Positions 41,737 to 52,900 of a DNA stretch of 64,000 nucleotides are shown here, piece after piece. This DNA comes from an uncultured delta proteobacterium (lineage in GTDB: Bacteria > Desulfobacterota > WTBG01 > CAIYCZ01 > CAIRTM01): positions 32,001 through 96,000 of the forward strand of contig CAWDSQ010000024.1 of NCBI GenBank assembly GCA_963804955.1. Direction: 5' to 3'. Numbering within the stretch: the first letter of the stretch is position 1; every line of letters starts with the position of its first letter. The notes under the pieces are model-generated. The model was not told the DNA's origin, ran no database searches, and saw only the letters and a list, made by a program, of their open reading frames with translations. A program made the position numbers and the translations under genes.

Positions 41737-42180
41737 TCAACACGTCTTGCCAAGGTCGGCTTTAACCAGCCGATGCGGCCGGCCATGCAGGATAAATTCA
41801 TCACCGACCGGGCGCCAGCCGATAGTTTGAAAAAAATTTAAATTCTCACTGAGTATGTTCGCGTAAAAATGCTCTGCTCCCTGAAGCTTTACCAGCGCTA
41901 CGGCAGCCATAACCAGATCGCGTCCAGCCCTGCCCCGGTATTTTTTCAGAACCGCAAGCCTGCCGCCCCACCATGCGCCGGCTGCATCCTGATACACGCG
42001 CACCGTTCCGATTATGCGATTCTGATAAAGTGCAGCCAGGTGAATGGCATGCCCGTCATAGTCATCCCGGTCGGTGAATTCAAAAATATGCTGCTCCTGC
42101 ACGAACACTTTTCTTCGTATATCCAGGCACTGCTCCAGTTCATCCTCACTGGCAATCCTGCGGCAGATACAATCAATCAT
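41737..42180 (-). CDS. GNAT acetyltransferase, MSMEG_0567/Sll0786-like
   Basis: IRRKVFVQEQ.IF..TDRD, GTVR..WWGGRLAV, GRPH; translationally coupled to the radical SAM gene. Confidence 0.82.
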   Translation of the reverse strand: MIDCICRRIASEDELEQCLDIRRKVFVQEQHIFEFTDRDDYDGHAIHLAALYQNRIIGTVRVYQDAAGAWWGGRLAVLKKYRGRAGRDLVMAAVALVKLQGAEHFYANILSENLNFFQTIGWRPVGDEFILHGRPHRLVKADLGKTC

Positions 42181-43268
42181 ATAATCGTCTCAACTTCAAA
42201 CAGGGAGAGGCAGGAGCAGGCCCCGCACCGGACGCAGCCCGCTTTGGATTTGCGTGAAGCAAGACCGTTGCGTGCAAGTATGCGGGCGGTGTCGGAGTAG
42301 ATTTTCTCCATGTATGAAGGTTCCGGTGGCCGCCACCGCTCGAGTAGTGTCCCCGGGATAGGGCGCAGCGGCAGCACATAAGGGAAAACGCCCAGGGAGG
42401 CGATTTGTTCCACCATTGTCATAAATGCTTCCCGCGTTTCACCAAGGCCTGCTATCAGAAAACTGCTGACCTGATTGTGCCCGAAAGCAGAAACTGCGTG
42501 TTTCCAGCAGTCATTATAAACCTTGAGCCCCAGTTCCGCTTTTCCGGGTGCTAAATCGGCAAGCAGTCTGATATCGCCAACCTCGACATGAATACCCAGC
42601 GTATCTGCGCCGGCGGACTTAAGCAGATCGAGTGCTTTCGCAGCCCGAGGCGGATGAACCTGAACATGCACCGGCATGCCTGTGCGCTTTTTAATCTCTC
42701 GTATGCAGTCCGCAAGATGCTCGATACCGCGGGACTCATCATTCCATATGCCGGTTGTAAGGGTAGCATGCCGTGCCGCGTCAAGCTCAAATGCGCAGGC
42801 GGCGGCGCTGCCCAGATCGGCGGGCTCTTTGATCAGGATGGTGGAATTATTCTGCAGCGACAGGCCGATGCCGCAAAACCGGCACTGCTGTGGTGTATTC
42901 CAGTAAAGGCAGTCCTGGTGTACGGTCGAAGCAAAGCAGTCTCTTCCGTGCAGCAGACCAAGCTTGCGCAGCGGAAGTCCAGACGAAGTTGTCTGGTTGT
43001 AAAAGCCTGGCTGCTGAGGAAAAGAAACGGAACACACATGACGCTTGTCCCTGTAAAGCAGCCAGCGGCCGCCGCTAAACTCGATGCTGTAGGGAGAGAA
43101 AGAAACGTACCAGCTTTCCGTTGGTACGTTCAGATGGCGCTCTTCTATAATAATAGTCTGGCCTTCTGACGGCCCTGCCCCTCCAGAGCGGCCGGTATGG
43201 TCGGGCGGCAGCTTCACTCCCGAACACTGAAGTTCTACGAAAAGCCGTCTGAGTTGGGAAAAATCCAT
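42177..43268 (-). CDS. MSMEG_0568-family radical SAM protein
   Basis: GRSGGAGPS, DCLYW...CRFCGI, AGCVRCGACS tail. Confidence 0.85.
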   Translation of the reverse strand: MDFSQLRRLFVELQCSGVKLPPDHTGRSGGAGPSEGQTIIIEERHLNVPTESWYVSFSPYSIEFSGGRWLLYRDKRHVCSVSFPQQPGFYNQTTSSGLPLRKLGLLHGRDCFASTVHQDCLYWNTPQQCRFCGIGLSLQNNSTILIKEPADLGSAAACAFELDAARHATLTTGIWNDESRGIEHLADCIREIKKRTGMPVHVQVHPPRAAKALDLLKSAGADTLGIHVEVGDIRLLADLAPGKAELGLKVYNDCWKHAVSAFGHNQVSSFLIAGLGETREAFMTMVEQIASLGVFPYVLPLRPIPGTLLERWRPPEPSYMEKIYSDTARILARNGLASRKSKAGCVRCGACSCLSLFEVETII

Positions 43269-43272
43269 GGTA

Positions 43273-44028
43273 TCAGGCTTTCTGATCGTCAAGAAAGGTA
43301 AGTATCCTGCGACGGTAGGCATTGAAGTCATCCGTAGTAACTTCCCGGGGATAAGGCAAGTCTATGGCCAGTTCAAGACTGCATGTGGCTGGCCTGCGCG
43401 AGAAACCTATAACCTTACGGCTTAAAAATACCGCCTCATCAATGCTGTGCGTAATAAAAAGGATTGTCTTGTGAGACTGCTGCCACACGTCCAGCAGAAA
43501 ACCGCGCATCTGGCTCCGGGTCTGCGAGTCAAGGGCGCCGAAGGGTTCATCCATAAGAATAATATCAGGATCGGTAATCATGGTGCGGGCAAGGGCAACG
43601 CGCTGCTTCATGCCGCCTGAAATTTCACGCGGATACCGGTCATGACTGCCTTCAAGGCCGAAGCGCTTGATGAAATCAAAAGCCCTGTCGCGGCGCTCCG
43701 CAGAGGAAATGCCCTTCATTTCAAGTCCGAAGGCGATATTTTCCCAGACTCTGCGCCATGGAAACAGCGCATATTCCTGAAAGACGAAGCCGACCTGCTG
43801 CCATGGCTCAGAAGGAGATTGGCCATGTATGAGAATTTCGCCTGATGTTGCATTTTCAAGGCCTGCGATAATGCGCAGCAGCGTTGTCTTGCCGCAGCCG
43901 CTCGGGCCTATGATGGAGACAAAACTGCCGGAGTCGACGGCAAGGGTTATGTCTTCAAGAACTGCCGTACTAGCACCGGTTTGTTCATCGGTAAATGTTT
44001 TACTGAGGTTTCTGATTTCAAGGCTCAT
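43273..44028 (-). CDS. ABC transporter ATP-binding protein (SsuB/TauB type)
   Basis: [25 protein letters not shown]. Confidence 0.95.
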   Translation of the reverse strand: MSLEIRNLSKTFTDEQTGASTAVLEDITLAVDSGSFVSIIGPSGCGKTTLLRIIAGLENATSGEILIHGQSPSEPWQQVGFVFQEYALFPWRRVWENIAFGLEMKGISSAERRDRAFDFIKRFGLEGSHDRYPREISGGMKQRVALARTMITDPDIILMDEPFGALDSQTRSQMRGFLLDVWQQSHKTILFITHSIDEAVFLSRKVIGFSRRPATCSLELAIDLPYPREVTTDDFNAYRRRILTFLDDQKA

Positions 44029-44046
44029 TGGTCACCAAATCTGCTG

Positions 44047-44886
44047 CTAGCGCCAGCGGAGCGCGCGCGTTTCGAACCAGCGCAGCACTGCGTCGAGCAA
44101 AAACCCTGTAAGCCCTATGACCGCCATGCCTGCGATGACGAGATCGGGGCGCTGTATGTCGCGGGCCGTCATAATCATGTAGCCCAGTCCATAGCCGCTT
44201 TTAACGCCGGTGAATTCCGCCGCAACCAGCGTCATCCAGCCGATGCCGAGCCCTATGCGCAGGCCGGTAAAAATGGAGGGCGTAGCGCCGGGCAGCAGCA
44301 CCTTGTAAAAAATCTGCCGCCGTGTTGCTCCAAGCGTTTTCGCGGCGCTGACAAGGACAGGGTCAACTGAAAGTACGCCGGACATGGTGCTCAGGAGTAT
44401 CGGAAAAAAACAGCCCAAAAAAATGATGAATGCCGCTGAGCGAAGCCCGATGCCGAACCACAAAATGGCAAGGGGTATCCAGGCCAGGGGCGGTATCGGC
44501 CGCAGGGTTTCAATGACTGGAGTGAGCATGTCGCGCAGCAGGCGGGACGAGCCGCAGATAATGCCCAGAGGTATGGCTGCAACCAGCGCAAGCACGAAAC
44601 CCAGCCCGACGCGCTGGAGGCTGTACAGGCAGTGAAACAGCAGCCTGCTGCCCTGCGGCAGCCCATGGACTGTCAGATCCTGCAGGGCTGCAATAATCTC
44701 CAGCGGCGAGGGCAGTTTTCCGGCGGGCAGGAGTCCTGCTGCAGAAGCAGCCTGCCACATCACAACTGCCAGCAGGGGAAACAGTACTTTTCCTTGTGCG
44801 CGAAATGGCTGCATCGAAGTGCTTTCGGCTCGGCTAGTCAAAAAAAGCCTTTGAGAAACGCTGGTCAACCCCGGCTGGCTTGACAT
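44047..44886 (-). CDS. ABC transporter permease (SsuC/TauC type)
   Basis: LRPIPPLAWIPL, EAA-like SAAKTLGA, LVAAE. Confidence 0.93.
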   Translation of the reverse strand: MSSQPGLTSVSQRLFLTSRAESTSMQPFRAQGKVLFPLLAVVMWQAASAAGLLPAGKLPSPLEIIAALQDLTVHGLPQGSRLLFHCLYSLQRVGLGFVLALVAAIPLGIICGSSRLLRDMLTPVIETLRPIPPLAWIPLAILWFGIGLRSAAFIIFLGCFFPILLSTMSGVLSVDPVLVSAAKTLGATRRQIFYKVLLPGATPSIFTGLRIGLGIGWMTLVAAEFTGVKSGYGLGYMIMTARDIQRPDLVIAGMAVIGLTGFLLDAVLRWFETRALRWR

Positions 44887-45772
44887 AGCGCAGTTCTTTC
44901 AAAAACCCCACAAACTCAAGGGCCTTTGCCTTGTCCAGGCGGCTTGTATAGATACAGTGCTTGATCGCCTGCTCAACAACGGCCCGGTCCATGGATGTAT
45001 ATTTTACGCCGATAGACGCTGCATCATCAGGATGCTCAGCTATAAAAGCGCAGGCTTGAGCATGGGCGGCCTGTATCTTCTTAACGGTTTGCGGCTGTGT
45101 ATCGCAAAGGGTACGGCTGGCAATAAGCACGCAGCACGGATGATCTTTCCAGATTGCATCGGAATTCATTACAACCTTCGCCTCAGCTGACTGCACAGCC
45201 TGCGCCGGATAGGGCTGCCAGGCAATAAAAGCATCGATGTTTTTCTGTTCAAGGGCCTGCAGCATCTCAGGCGGTTTTAAAACAATGGGACGAATATCCT
45301 GATAGCTCATCATGCTGTTTTTGACGGCCCGCCGCAGCAGAAAATCCTGCATGGTGGCATGGCCGGGTATAGCCACAAGTCTGCCTGCCAAGCCTTTGAC
45401 GGAATCGATGCCTGAGCCCTTGCGCGCAACAATGGCAGAGCCTTCAAGATTGACCTGCGCGATGAACTGAATATCTGCAGCGCCGTTGAGCAGCGCTGCC
45501 GTAGCCGGCGCCTGCCCGACATACCCGAAGTCGAGATCGCCGGATCCGAAGGCGCTCATTTCCTCGGGGCCTGCCTTGAAAACACCGCCGACCTGCACGT
45601 TCAAACCCTGTTGTGCAAAATAGCCCTTTTCAAGGGCGACAAATGCAGGCAGATGATGCAGGTCGCTCTGCAGGTAGCCAAGCCTGAGTACGCCGTCATC
45701 CTTTTTAGCGCAGGAGCAGAACGAAACAATCAGACAGAGGACAACACAATAGATTTTCATCCTCATGGGCAT
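44834..45772 (-). CDS. ABC substrate-binding lipoprotein (SsuA/NMT1 type)
   Basis: Lipobox SCSC, LRLGYL..DLHH, DAFIAWQP, HPCC. Confidence 0.88.
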   Translation of the reverse strand: MPMRMKIYCVVLCLIVSFCSCAKKDDGVLRLGYLQSDLHHLPAFVALEKGYFAQQGLNVQVGGVFKAGPEEMSAFGSGDLDFGYVGQAPATAALLNGAADIQFIAQVNLEGSAIVARKGSGIDSVKGLAGRLVAIPGHATMQDFLLRRAVKNSMMSYQDIRPIVLKPPEMLQALEQKNIDAFIAWQPYPAQAVQSAEAKVVMNSDAIWKDHPCCVLIASRTLCDTQPQTVKKIQAAHAQACAFIAEHPDDAASIGVKYTSMDRAVVEQAIKHCIYTSRLDKAKALEFVGFLKELRYVKPAGVDQRFSKAFFD

Positions 45773-46275
45773 TATTTTCCTGAAGGCTTTTTAGTCTGCT
45801 TTTTCTCCTCCGGGTCAGCCATCAGCTTTTCAATATGGCCGCGGGGGTACTTGTTGGCATCGGGCTCATGCAGCTCTTCGGTATTCATATTCCATTTCTC
45901 AACAATGGCGCCATCGTTGTAATTGCCCTCCTGCTTTGATCCGTCAGGGCGCTGCAGCATGCCCTTCCCGGCCATTTTACCATTCTGCCACTGGCCGTCA
46001 TACACATCGCCGTCGGCATAGGTGTATTTGCCATGGCCGCTGAATTTGCCGTCGAGAAAATTGCCGGTATACATGTCGCCATTGGCAAACGTGAAGGTGC
46101 CATGACCCGTTCGTTTTCCCTTGATAAAATCCCCCTCATATTTGTTGCCGCTGTCCCACACCCAGGTGCCGATGCCGTTTCTGCAATCCCCTTCGGTGCA
46201 GGCGGCATCCGCCTGCTGCGGCAGCAGCAGGCAGGCACAAGCAAGAACGGCTGCTAAAGCAAACTGTTTTTTCAT
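45772..46275 (-). CDS. Exported MORN-repeat protein
   Basis: Y.G.F..G...G.G.Y....G repeats after a signal peptide. Confidence 0.9.
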   Translation of the reverse strand: MKKQFALAAVLACACLLLPQQADAACTEGDCRNGIGTWVWDSGNKYEGDFIKGKRTGHGTFTFANGDMYTGNFLDGKFSGHGKYTYADGDVYDGQWQNGKMAGKGMLQRPDGSKQEGNYNDGAIVEKWNMNTEELHEPDANKYPRGHIEKLMADPEEKKQTKKPSGK

Positions 46276-46372
46276 CTCTCGTCTCCCATATAACAATTCC
46301 CCGTCATGTACTGACGGGGAATTGTAATTCTTAATTCAAAAATCCGCAATCCAAAACACACCGGCCTGAGCA

Positions 46373-47764
46373 TTACTCGCTGTCGGCAGCACCGGCATCA
46401 TTCTTGCCGCCGCCCGCTTCAATCCCGAGGCCCATGCAGACAAGCTCGGTAATATCGCGCATGGTAACCGGCGCATTCATGGCCTGTATGCCGATCTGAA
46501 GGCCCTGGTAGCAGAACGGGCATGCAGACACAAGCTCGGTTGCTCCGGTTTTTATGGCATCAGCAACGCGCTTCTGTGAAATCTTGTTCTGCATGTCGGG
46601 ATAGCCCGACTTGAGGCCGCCGCCGGCGCCGCAGCACCGCGAATTTTCGCGGTTGCGCTCCATCTCGATGAGCTTTACGCCGGGAATAAGGCTCAGAAGT
46701 TCACGCGGGCGCATCAAACACGCCGCTGTGACGGCCCAAATGACAGGGGTCATGATAGGTAACCGTGAGGTTAACCGGCGTTTTCAGTTCGAGTTTTTTC
46801 TGCTTGATCAGATCGACGATATACTCGCAGGTATGCTTAATCTCAAAATTCAGTCTTGCCGATTTTAGCATAATCCTCTTTGATTGTTTTAAAACAGCCT
46901 GCACAGGAGGTGACCAGTGTTTTAATTCCGAGATCATTGAACTGCTCGATATTTTCCTTGCAGAGCTTTAAAAAACTCTGGCGTTCGCCCATGCGCAGCA
47001 AGAACGCTGCCGCAGCATTTTTCCTTGTTGCCGAGTATGCCGAAATCGATACTCCGGCAGCATCAAGAATATTGGTCGTATTGATGCCGACTTCTTCGAC
47101 ATTATTGTCGTAGGAGGCTGTGCAGCCGACAAAGTACAGAACTTCGGACTTGCTCTTTGAAATATCCTTGGGCTCGTCCTTGATGCGCTTTTTCTTCTTG
47201 GCAAGCTTGCCCCAGCGAGCGCGCGAGCTTCTGGGCTGGCCCCAGGGGTTGTCATAGTTCTTTGTCTTGAGAACAAGGTCCTTTTGGGAATCAAGGGGGC
47301 CGCAGTCAAGGTCAACGATGGTCTCGCGGATGCGCTCCCAGAGCTCGACCGTGTCGATGGCCACCGGGCAGACGAAGTGGCACTGCATGCAGGTGCTGCA
47401 GGCATACAGGTCTTTGGCGAAGTGCCTTCAGCTCCTCCTCGGTTACGGGCTTTTTGCCGCAGAGCTTTCCGAGAAAGCTGTCGGCGCTGAAGGCGCCGTG
47501 CTGCCGGGAGATAATGTCCTTGAACAGGCGGGCGCGGCCGCGCGGGGTCAGGGGCTCGCGGCTGTCCTGATCATAGGCAGGGCACCAGTTGGAGCACTCG
47601 CCGCAGCGCGTGCAGGCATCAAGCTCCATGAGCATGCGCGGGCTGAATTTTTCGATATTTATTTTTTTCATGCCCTGCACCTGCGCCGGTGTTTCAGCCT
47701 GAGGCGGAGTTTCCGCCGGAGCCGCAGCAGCTGTTGCTTCCTGAGTTTTAATTTCGTTTTCCAT
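46373..47764 (-). CDS. HdrD/GlpC-type Fe-S oxidoreductase (several frameshifts)
   Basis: CTRCGEC..CP, CSTCMQC..CP, YFVGC, KCCGS, SCAGC, HDPCHLGRH, CCGAGGG, ACPFC. Confidence 0.85.
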
Positions 47765-47775
47765 GGTCGCCTCCT

Positions 47776-48560
47776 TTATTTTGCCCGCTCTGAAGCGTCA
47801 AGTAACGATTTCGATGGGACTGACAATAATATGCCAGGCCTTGCTGAAGGGTAAGTAGCCGCAAAAGAAAAACGACACGATGGCGTGCAGCCATACCCAG
47901 CTTGTATACGTTGCCGCAGTCCAGCCCATGCTGCTGAAAATGCCGGCAAGAATATTGCCGACAAAAGAATATGCCGCAACATCTGCATACAGGGGATCGG
48001 TCAGCCGCAGGCCTTCACAGAGAAAACCGGTCAGAGCAATGGTTGAGAGCAGGCAGATAGACACGGTATCTTTTGTTATCGTTTCAAGCTGCTTGTTTTT
48101 GACAACATAGCGGCGCACGATGGCGATGGCGAGCCCGACAACCAGCATCAGGCCGAAGATATCACCCCACACGTCAAGCACGCGAGCCCCGAAGCCGCCC
48201 AGCTTATCGACATGGTTGAACATTGTTCTGGCGAGCGCCGTATCGGGCGGAAGAAAATGGCTGGCAATGGCCATGACTGTTGTCTGCGCAAACAGGCCCA
48301 TAAAGCCGATAAAGATGCAAAAATGCATGAGCCAGCGCACAAAGCTTATTTTAAGTATCTGCAGCTGCAAAACGCAGTCGCAAATAAAAGCTTTGATTAT
48401 GGCCGGGGTGTTGAGCCCGTGGTGCAGGCTGTGGCGCTTTGCCCTTGAACCACAGGGTCACGCTTGCAAATGCGCCTGCAATAAAAAAAAGAACCGTTAT
48501 GTACCGTCAGGCTGTATAGAGTGCTGCGGTTGCGGGGAAATACAGGTAGCTATCGTACAT
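47776..48560 (-). CDS. NarI/HdrE-like cytochrome b membrane subunit (frameshifted)
   Basis: RWLMHFCIFIGF, TGFLCEGLR, WLH....YLPFSKAWH; RBS AGGAGG before ATG at 48560. Confidence 0.8.
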
Positions 48561-49748
48561 GTCGACCTCCTTTGCTGGTGGAGCTTACCACCTCGTTTCA
48601 GGTGGAAATATATGGTTAAAAACGCCGCTGCAGCCTTGCGCAACAGCAGGAAAAGCTGCTCAGCGCAAGCTGTTTCCTGCGCACGGGGCTGCGCGTCACT
48701 TCGCAGCTTTTGTATAGTCTCTGCAACTTCAATTGCCTGCGCGGTCAAGAGCTCTATTGCAGAGCTTTCAATACAGGCAAAACACTCCGGCGCCTCAAGC
48801 AGACGGGCCCGCTTCCAGATTGTTTCTAAAAAAACACGGATCTTTTCCGGGTCATACATCTTCCTGCCGATGAGCCACGAATAGCCTGAACGCTCGAGGG
48901 CAAGGGCCATAATGCGGGCATTGCTCACAGCGCTCAGAAAAGCACGATACTGCTTTTTCTCAGCAGGCTCCCGAACCGTACCGGCTGCCATGCTGCGCTG
49001 GCCGGTCTTGATTCCGGTAAAAATCTCAAACAGCAGTCCGTTGGCCTCATGGAAGTCGGGATGCTCAAAATGGGGCCCGAACAGATAAAATGAACCGCTG
49101 CCATAGTCTTTTTTTATAGCCGCTGCCGTGCCCAGCAGTGCACGGCCGGCTATTTCACGGTCAATCAGAAACTCCGTCGCATCGGTAAATCCGGCATATT
49201 CGGCCAGCACCACAGCATCACCGGATGGCATCAGTGCGGGTCCGCCATACAGGGGCGCTTCGACATACTGCCCGTCGCGCCCCCAGCCGGTAAGCCTGAG
49301 GCTGCACACTTTCGCGCACAGGGTGATACACATACCGGCAGCCGTACTCCGTGCAGAACTTTTCCGGCTTTGCCACTGCCTCCGGCAGATCTTTTGTAAG
49401 ATTGGCAATGCGCGTGGCTACAAAGTTAAACAGATTGAGCGGCGGCAGCGATGAATTCAAGGGCAGATAGGCGCCTGCACAGGCTCCGATATATATACCG
49501 CCAGAGCGCACAAACTTTTCAATTGCGTCAGCACCGCTCTTGCCCAGCCCCTGAGCTATGGCAAATGTATCGCCACCGGAAACAAAGAAAACATCTACCC
49601 CGGAAAGCGCACCTGTAGCAATATCATCATCATCAAGAAAAGAAACATTGGCATATGCTTCACGGTCAAAAATATCGGCAAACCATGTCCAGGAATGCGA
49701 TGCACCCTGTCCGACATAAATGCCCACTTCCGGCTGAATCTTAATCAT
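48497..49748 (-). CDS. BPL_N / class-I GATase-like protein (frameshift near 49300)
   Basis: IYVGQGAS, VSGGD, YIGACAGAY, LYGGP, FGPHFE. Confidence 0.75.
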
Positions 49749-49871
49749 AAGCAAAAATTAGCACGTTACTTATTTGATCGCTAAGTTGTTTTAGAATTTA
49801 CCAGATTTCACAGTTGCTTTACAAGAATAAAGCTCAACAACGGGTGATAAATAAAATAAATTTCCTACTAT

Positions 49872-50195
49872 TTAACTGCTAAATCTTTTTTTCACCTGCT
49901 TGAGTACGGGGTAGAGAGCCTCCTCAATTCGGGCATATTCCCGTGCAGCATCCTTAGCCTCATTATACCAGTCAAGCACCTCAGCAGGCAGGCTGAAGGA
50001 GCTGTCCTGCAGTAGTGCTTCAATATGGCTTAAGAGCTTCAGCACAAAAAATCGCTTATCCTGCACAAGCCAGTCAGGACCAGGCCCGCAGGATTTTTTT
50101 TTGCAGGCGCAAGCTGCGATATCAAAGCTGATCAGCGAACCTACCCTCTTGGCCTCTGCGAAATCAAGACGATTAAACCCCTTTTGATGAGGCAT
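49872..50195 (-). CDS. Hypothetical protein
   Basis: ~107-aa ORF co-oriented after the hydrolase. Confidence 0.45.
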   Translation of the reverse strand: MPHQKGFNRLDFAEAKRVGSLISFDIAACACKKKSCGPGPDWLVQDKRFFVLKLLSHIEALLQDSSFSLPAEVLDWYNEAKDAAREYARIEEALYPVLKQVKKRFSS

Positions 50196-50215
50196 ACCAT
50201 ACAATCCTTCTGACT

Positions 50216-51094
50216 TTACTTAAGGTATTTAACATACCATTCAAGAGCTTTGCCGGCAGACAATGTAAAGTTGTTCCCCTCATACACATCATAATGGCGC
50301 GCGCCCTCAATGATAAAAAGCTCCTTGGGCTGTCTGGCCTTTTCATACAGAATTTTTGATTCTTCAACAGGGCAGACAATATCTCCTGTGGCGCCTATAA
50401 TCATAACGGGGATATTCAGGCCGGCGATATGGTTCTCGGGTTTGCACTCCATGCTCTCTTTGATGGTCAAAAGCGGCAGCCGGTTTTTGAGCTTGGGATG
50501 GATTTCGACGGTTTTTTGATAAAACTCTTTTGAATCGGGGTCGGTGAGGATCTGATCCATGTTCAACATCAGGGGCTTATTTTTCGTGACCGATCGCTGC
50601 CAGGCTTTTTGCAGCGTGCTCATGAGTTTCTCTTTTGCCTCATCATTCATGCCGCCTGCAACCATGCGCTCGCCGCTGCCGAAGGTGATCTGCACGGAGA
50701 TGCATTTCACCCTCTTGTCGATTGCAGCCGTGTAAATTGCATTGGCGCCCCCAAAGGATGTTCCCCACAGGCCGATGCGCGCAGGATCAACCTGCGTCAG
50801 GGTCTCCATAAAGGTTATAGCATTGCGGATATCTACTACCTGCTCTGCGGGCACCAGCCGGCCCCGCTCGCCTTCGCTGTCGCCGAAGCCCCGATAGTCA
50901 AATACAAGAGCTGCAAATCCGTTCTGCGCAAAAAATTCCGCATACGGCGGCAGCAGTATCTCGCGAATGCCTGAAAAACCGTGGCACAATATGACCGCAG
51001 GCAGTTTTCCGTCCTGCGGCAGATTGTCCGGAATATACAGATCGCCGACGATCCTGCAGTTTTCTGAATAAAAAAGAACTTCCTGTTTCATCAT
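50216..51094 (-). CDS. Alpha/beta hydrolase
   Basis: CHGFSG, DYRGFGDSEG, GTSFGG nucleophile elbow, GARHY. Confidence 0.93.
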   Translation of the reverse strand: MMKQEVLFYSENCRIVGDLYIPDNLPQDGKLPAVILCHGFSGIREILLPPYAEFFAQNGFAALVFDYRGFGDSEGERGRLVPAEQVVDIRNAITFMETLTQVDPARIGLWGTSFGGANAIYTAAIDKRVKCISVQITFGSGERMVAGGMNDEAKEKLMSTLQKAWQRSVTKNKPLMLNMDQILTDPDSKEFYQKTVEIHPKLKNRLPLLTIKESMECKPENHIAGLNIPVMIIGATGDIVCPVEESKILYEKARQPKELFIIEGARHYDVYEGNNFTLSAGKALEWYVKYLK

Positions 51095-51362
51095 GCACTC
51101 CTTGAAAACATACGATTAAGTGAAGGCAGATACATAACAAAAAAGAAGCACCGGCACAAACAGAAAGAATGCCTGTAATGACATGCCATCCACAGTAATC
51201 TAGCTTCGTGATGCTACAGGCTGATTCAGGCAAAAAATCACCATCCAGCACCGCCATCATGAAATCTTTGTCGCGAAAAAAATATTTTAAATTCTAAAAT
51301 TTTATAATATGCTATAGTAAAAAAATGAAATTAAATTTTTAAACCCGCAAGGAGGAACTGTC

Positions 51363-52001
51363 ATGATACTTATTGTCAAGATGCTGGGTGACACAAACGC
51401 AAAAAGAATGTGGGATGCCATTATCCGTCAGCAGGACGAACTGCAGTCTGTGCTTGGCAGGAAGGGAAAGCTTCTGTATCTGAGCAAGCGCAGGGGCTAT
51501 AATGAAGCCTGTCTTTTTATTCATGTCAAGGATTCCGGCAGTATCATAGAGCTTGTTGTTGACCATTTGAGTAAAATTGACGGTATCTCATCCTTATGCA
51601 TTGCGCATCTCTTCAGGCCTCGTTTTTTTCCTGTGCCAAAAGACACCTATGACATGAAACGCTATGTCATTACGGCAAAGGTGAACCCGAGACATTTTAC
51701 TGATGTCTATAAAAAACTGCTCAATCCGAACCTGCCGGAAGGGCTCAGGCGCGTTTACTACGCCTTCACGTTTCATAGCTATGACGATAACCTGCAGTAT
51801 TCATTTTTGGCAACAAACGAAGAAAGCGCTCAAAAATATGTTAATGACAGCATCAATACGGTAAAAGGAATCATCATAGCAGATTTGCATCAAATCGAGC
51901 GCACAAAGGCTTTTATAACCTACAAAGAATGGGCGAAGTACACGTCTGAGGAAGAAAGTATTACGCCAGGTCAGTACCATATGATAAATGATGTTGAATG
52001 A
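51363..52001 (+). CDS. Hypothetical protein, possibly two AsnC/Lrp ligand-binding-like domains
   Basis: Strong RBS AGGAGG; two halves ending LSKIDGI / INTVKGI. Confidence 0.6.
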   Translation: MILIVKMLGDTNAKRMWDAIIRQQDELQSVLGRKGKLLYLSKRRGYNEACLFIHVKDSGSIIELVVDHLSKIDGISSLCIAHLFRPRFFPVPKDTYDMKRYVITAKVNPRHFTDVYKKLLNPNLPEGLRRVYYAFTFHSYDDNLQYSFLATNEESAQKYVNDSINTVKGIIIADLHQIERTKAFITYKEWAKYTSEEESITPGQYHMINDVE

Positions 52002-52208
52002 TTGCCCGGTAAGGGCGGCAATGGGGGTATGAAATAAGACCTCTACAGCATGCCTGATACTCAATCGCCTGCCATGCTGTGTGGCAGGCGATTTTTTATA
52101 ACTGCAGCAAAAAAATCCTGCCCGGCATGATCATGTCGCCGTTGCCATGGCACTACCAGCCAGGCAGGGCGTACCGTCGTTCTGAATATCTGAGTTTGAT
52201 TTTTTTCT

Positions 52209-52814
52209 TTATTGCGGGTCCCGGTACATGCACCAGATTGATGGGCCTTGTTCGGCCACACGCCACTGCCGTGTGAGCCTGAAGCCATGCCGCTCATACA
52301 GATGCAGATTTGCGCTGTTTGTGTTTTCAAGATATGCGGGAATGCGCTCTGCGTCGCAGTGCTGCAAAACCGGCTGCAGCAGCGCAGATCCTATGCCCTG
52401 CCCCCGCTCTTCAGGCAGCACTGCCAGATAAAAAAGATGGAAAGCCGGCTCCTGCGGCGCAAGGTTTTCAAACTGCCGGTAAAACTCTATCATTTCAGAA
52501 AGCCTTCGCCAGCCTGCTACCATACCGAGCATGATCATAATCTGCGAAGTCTGCCATAACGAAAAAACAGGTGCAGCGGGTTTAACCCAGAGCGCGCATC
52601 CTTTGCCGTTTTCCTCGATATATGATTCACCAACAGGCATGAACAGCTCGACCGTTGTTTTCACAAGCCTTGAAATTCGCAGCAAGCGGCGACTATCATT
52701 TAGCGCGATCCAGTTTAGCAGCGGGTCTTCGGCAAAAGCGCGGGTTATCATGTGCGTTACCAGCCCGCAGTCAGCTTTTCCCGAGTTTGTCCTTTGTATG
52801 TGAGGCATATGCAT
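52209..52814 (-). CDS. GNAT N-acetyltransferase
   Basis: RAFAEDP, LAVLPEERGQGIGSALL, AYLENT..NLHLYERHGF. Confidence 0.9.
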   Translation of the reverse strand: MHMPHIQRTNSGKADCGLVTHMITRAFAEDPLLNWIALNDSRRLLRISRLVKTTVELFMPVGESYIEENGKGCALWVKPAAPVFSLWQTSQIMIMLGMVAGWRRLSEMIEFYRQFENLAPQEPAFHLFYLAVLPEERGQGIGSALLQPVLQHCDAERIPAYLENTNSANLHLYERHGFRLTRQWRVAEQGPSIWCMYRDPQ

Positions 52815-52900
52815 AGTATAGTGCTTGTCTTTAAACACTAAATGTATTATCTGAAATTTTATTAATTCTTCAAGGCAAACTATATCCAAAAGGAGGAACC

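Noticed and set aside
41280..41740. Possible ncRNA, riboswitch or MITE in the intergenic region
   Set aside because: Only weak inverted repeats; no family motif recognised. An Rfam scan would be needed
48505..48512. In-frame TGA early in the NarI-like gene as possible selenocysteine
   Set aside because: It falls in a predicted TM helix with no redox motif or visible SECIS; two compensating indels (GCC CTG ACG TAC) explain it
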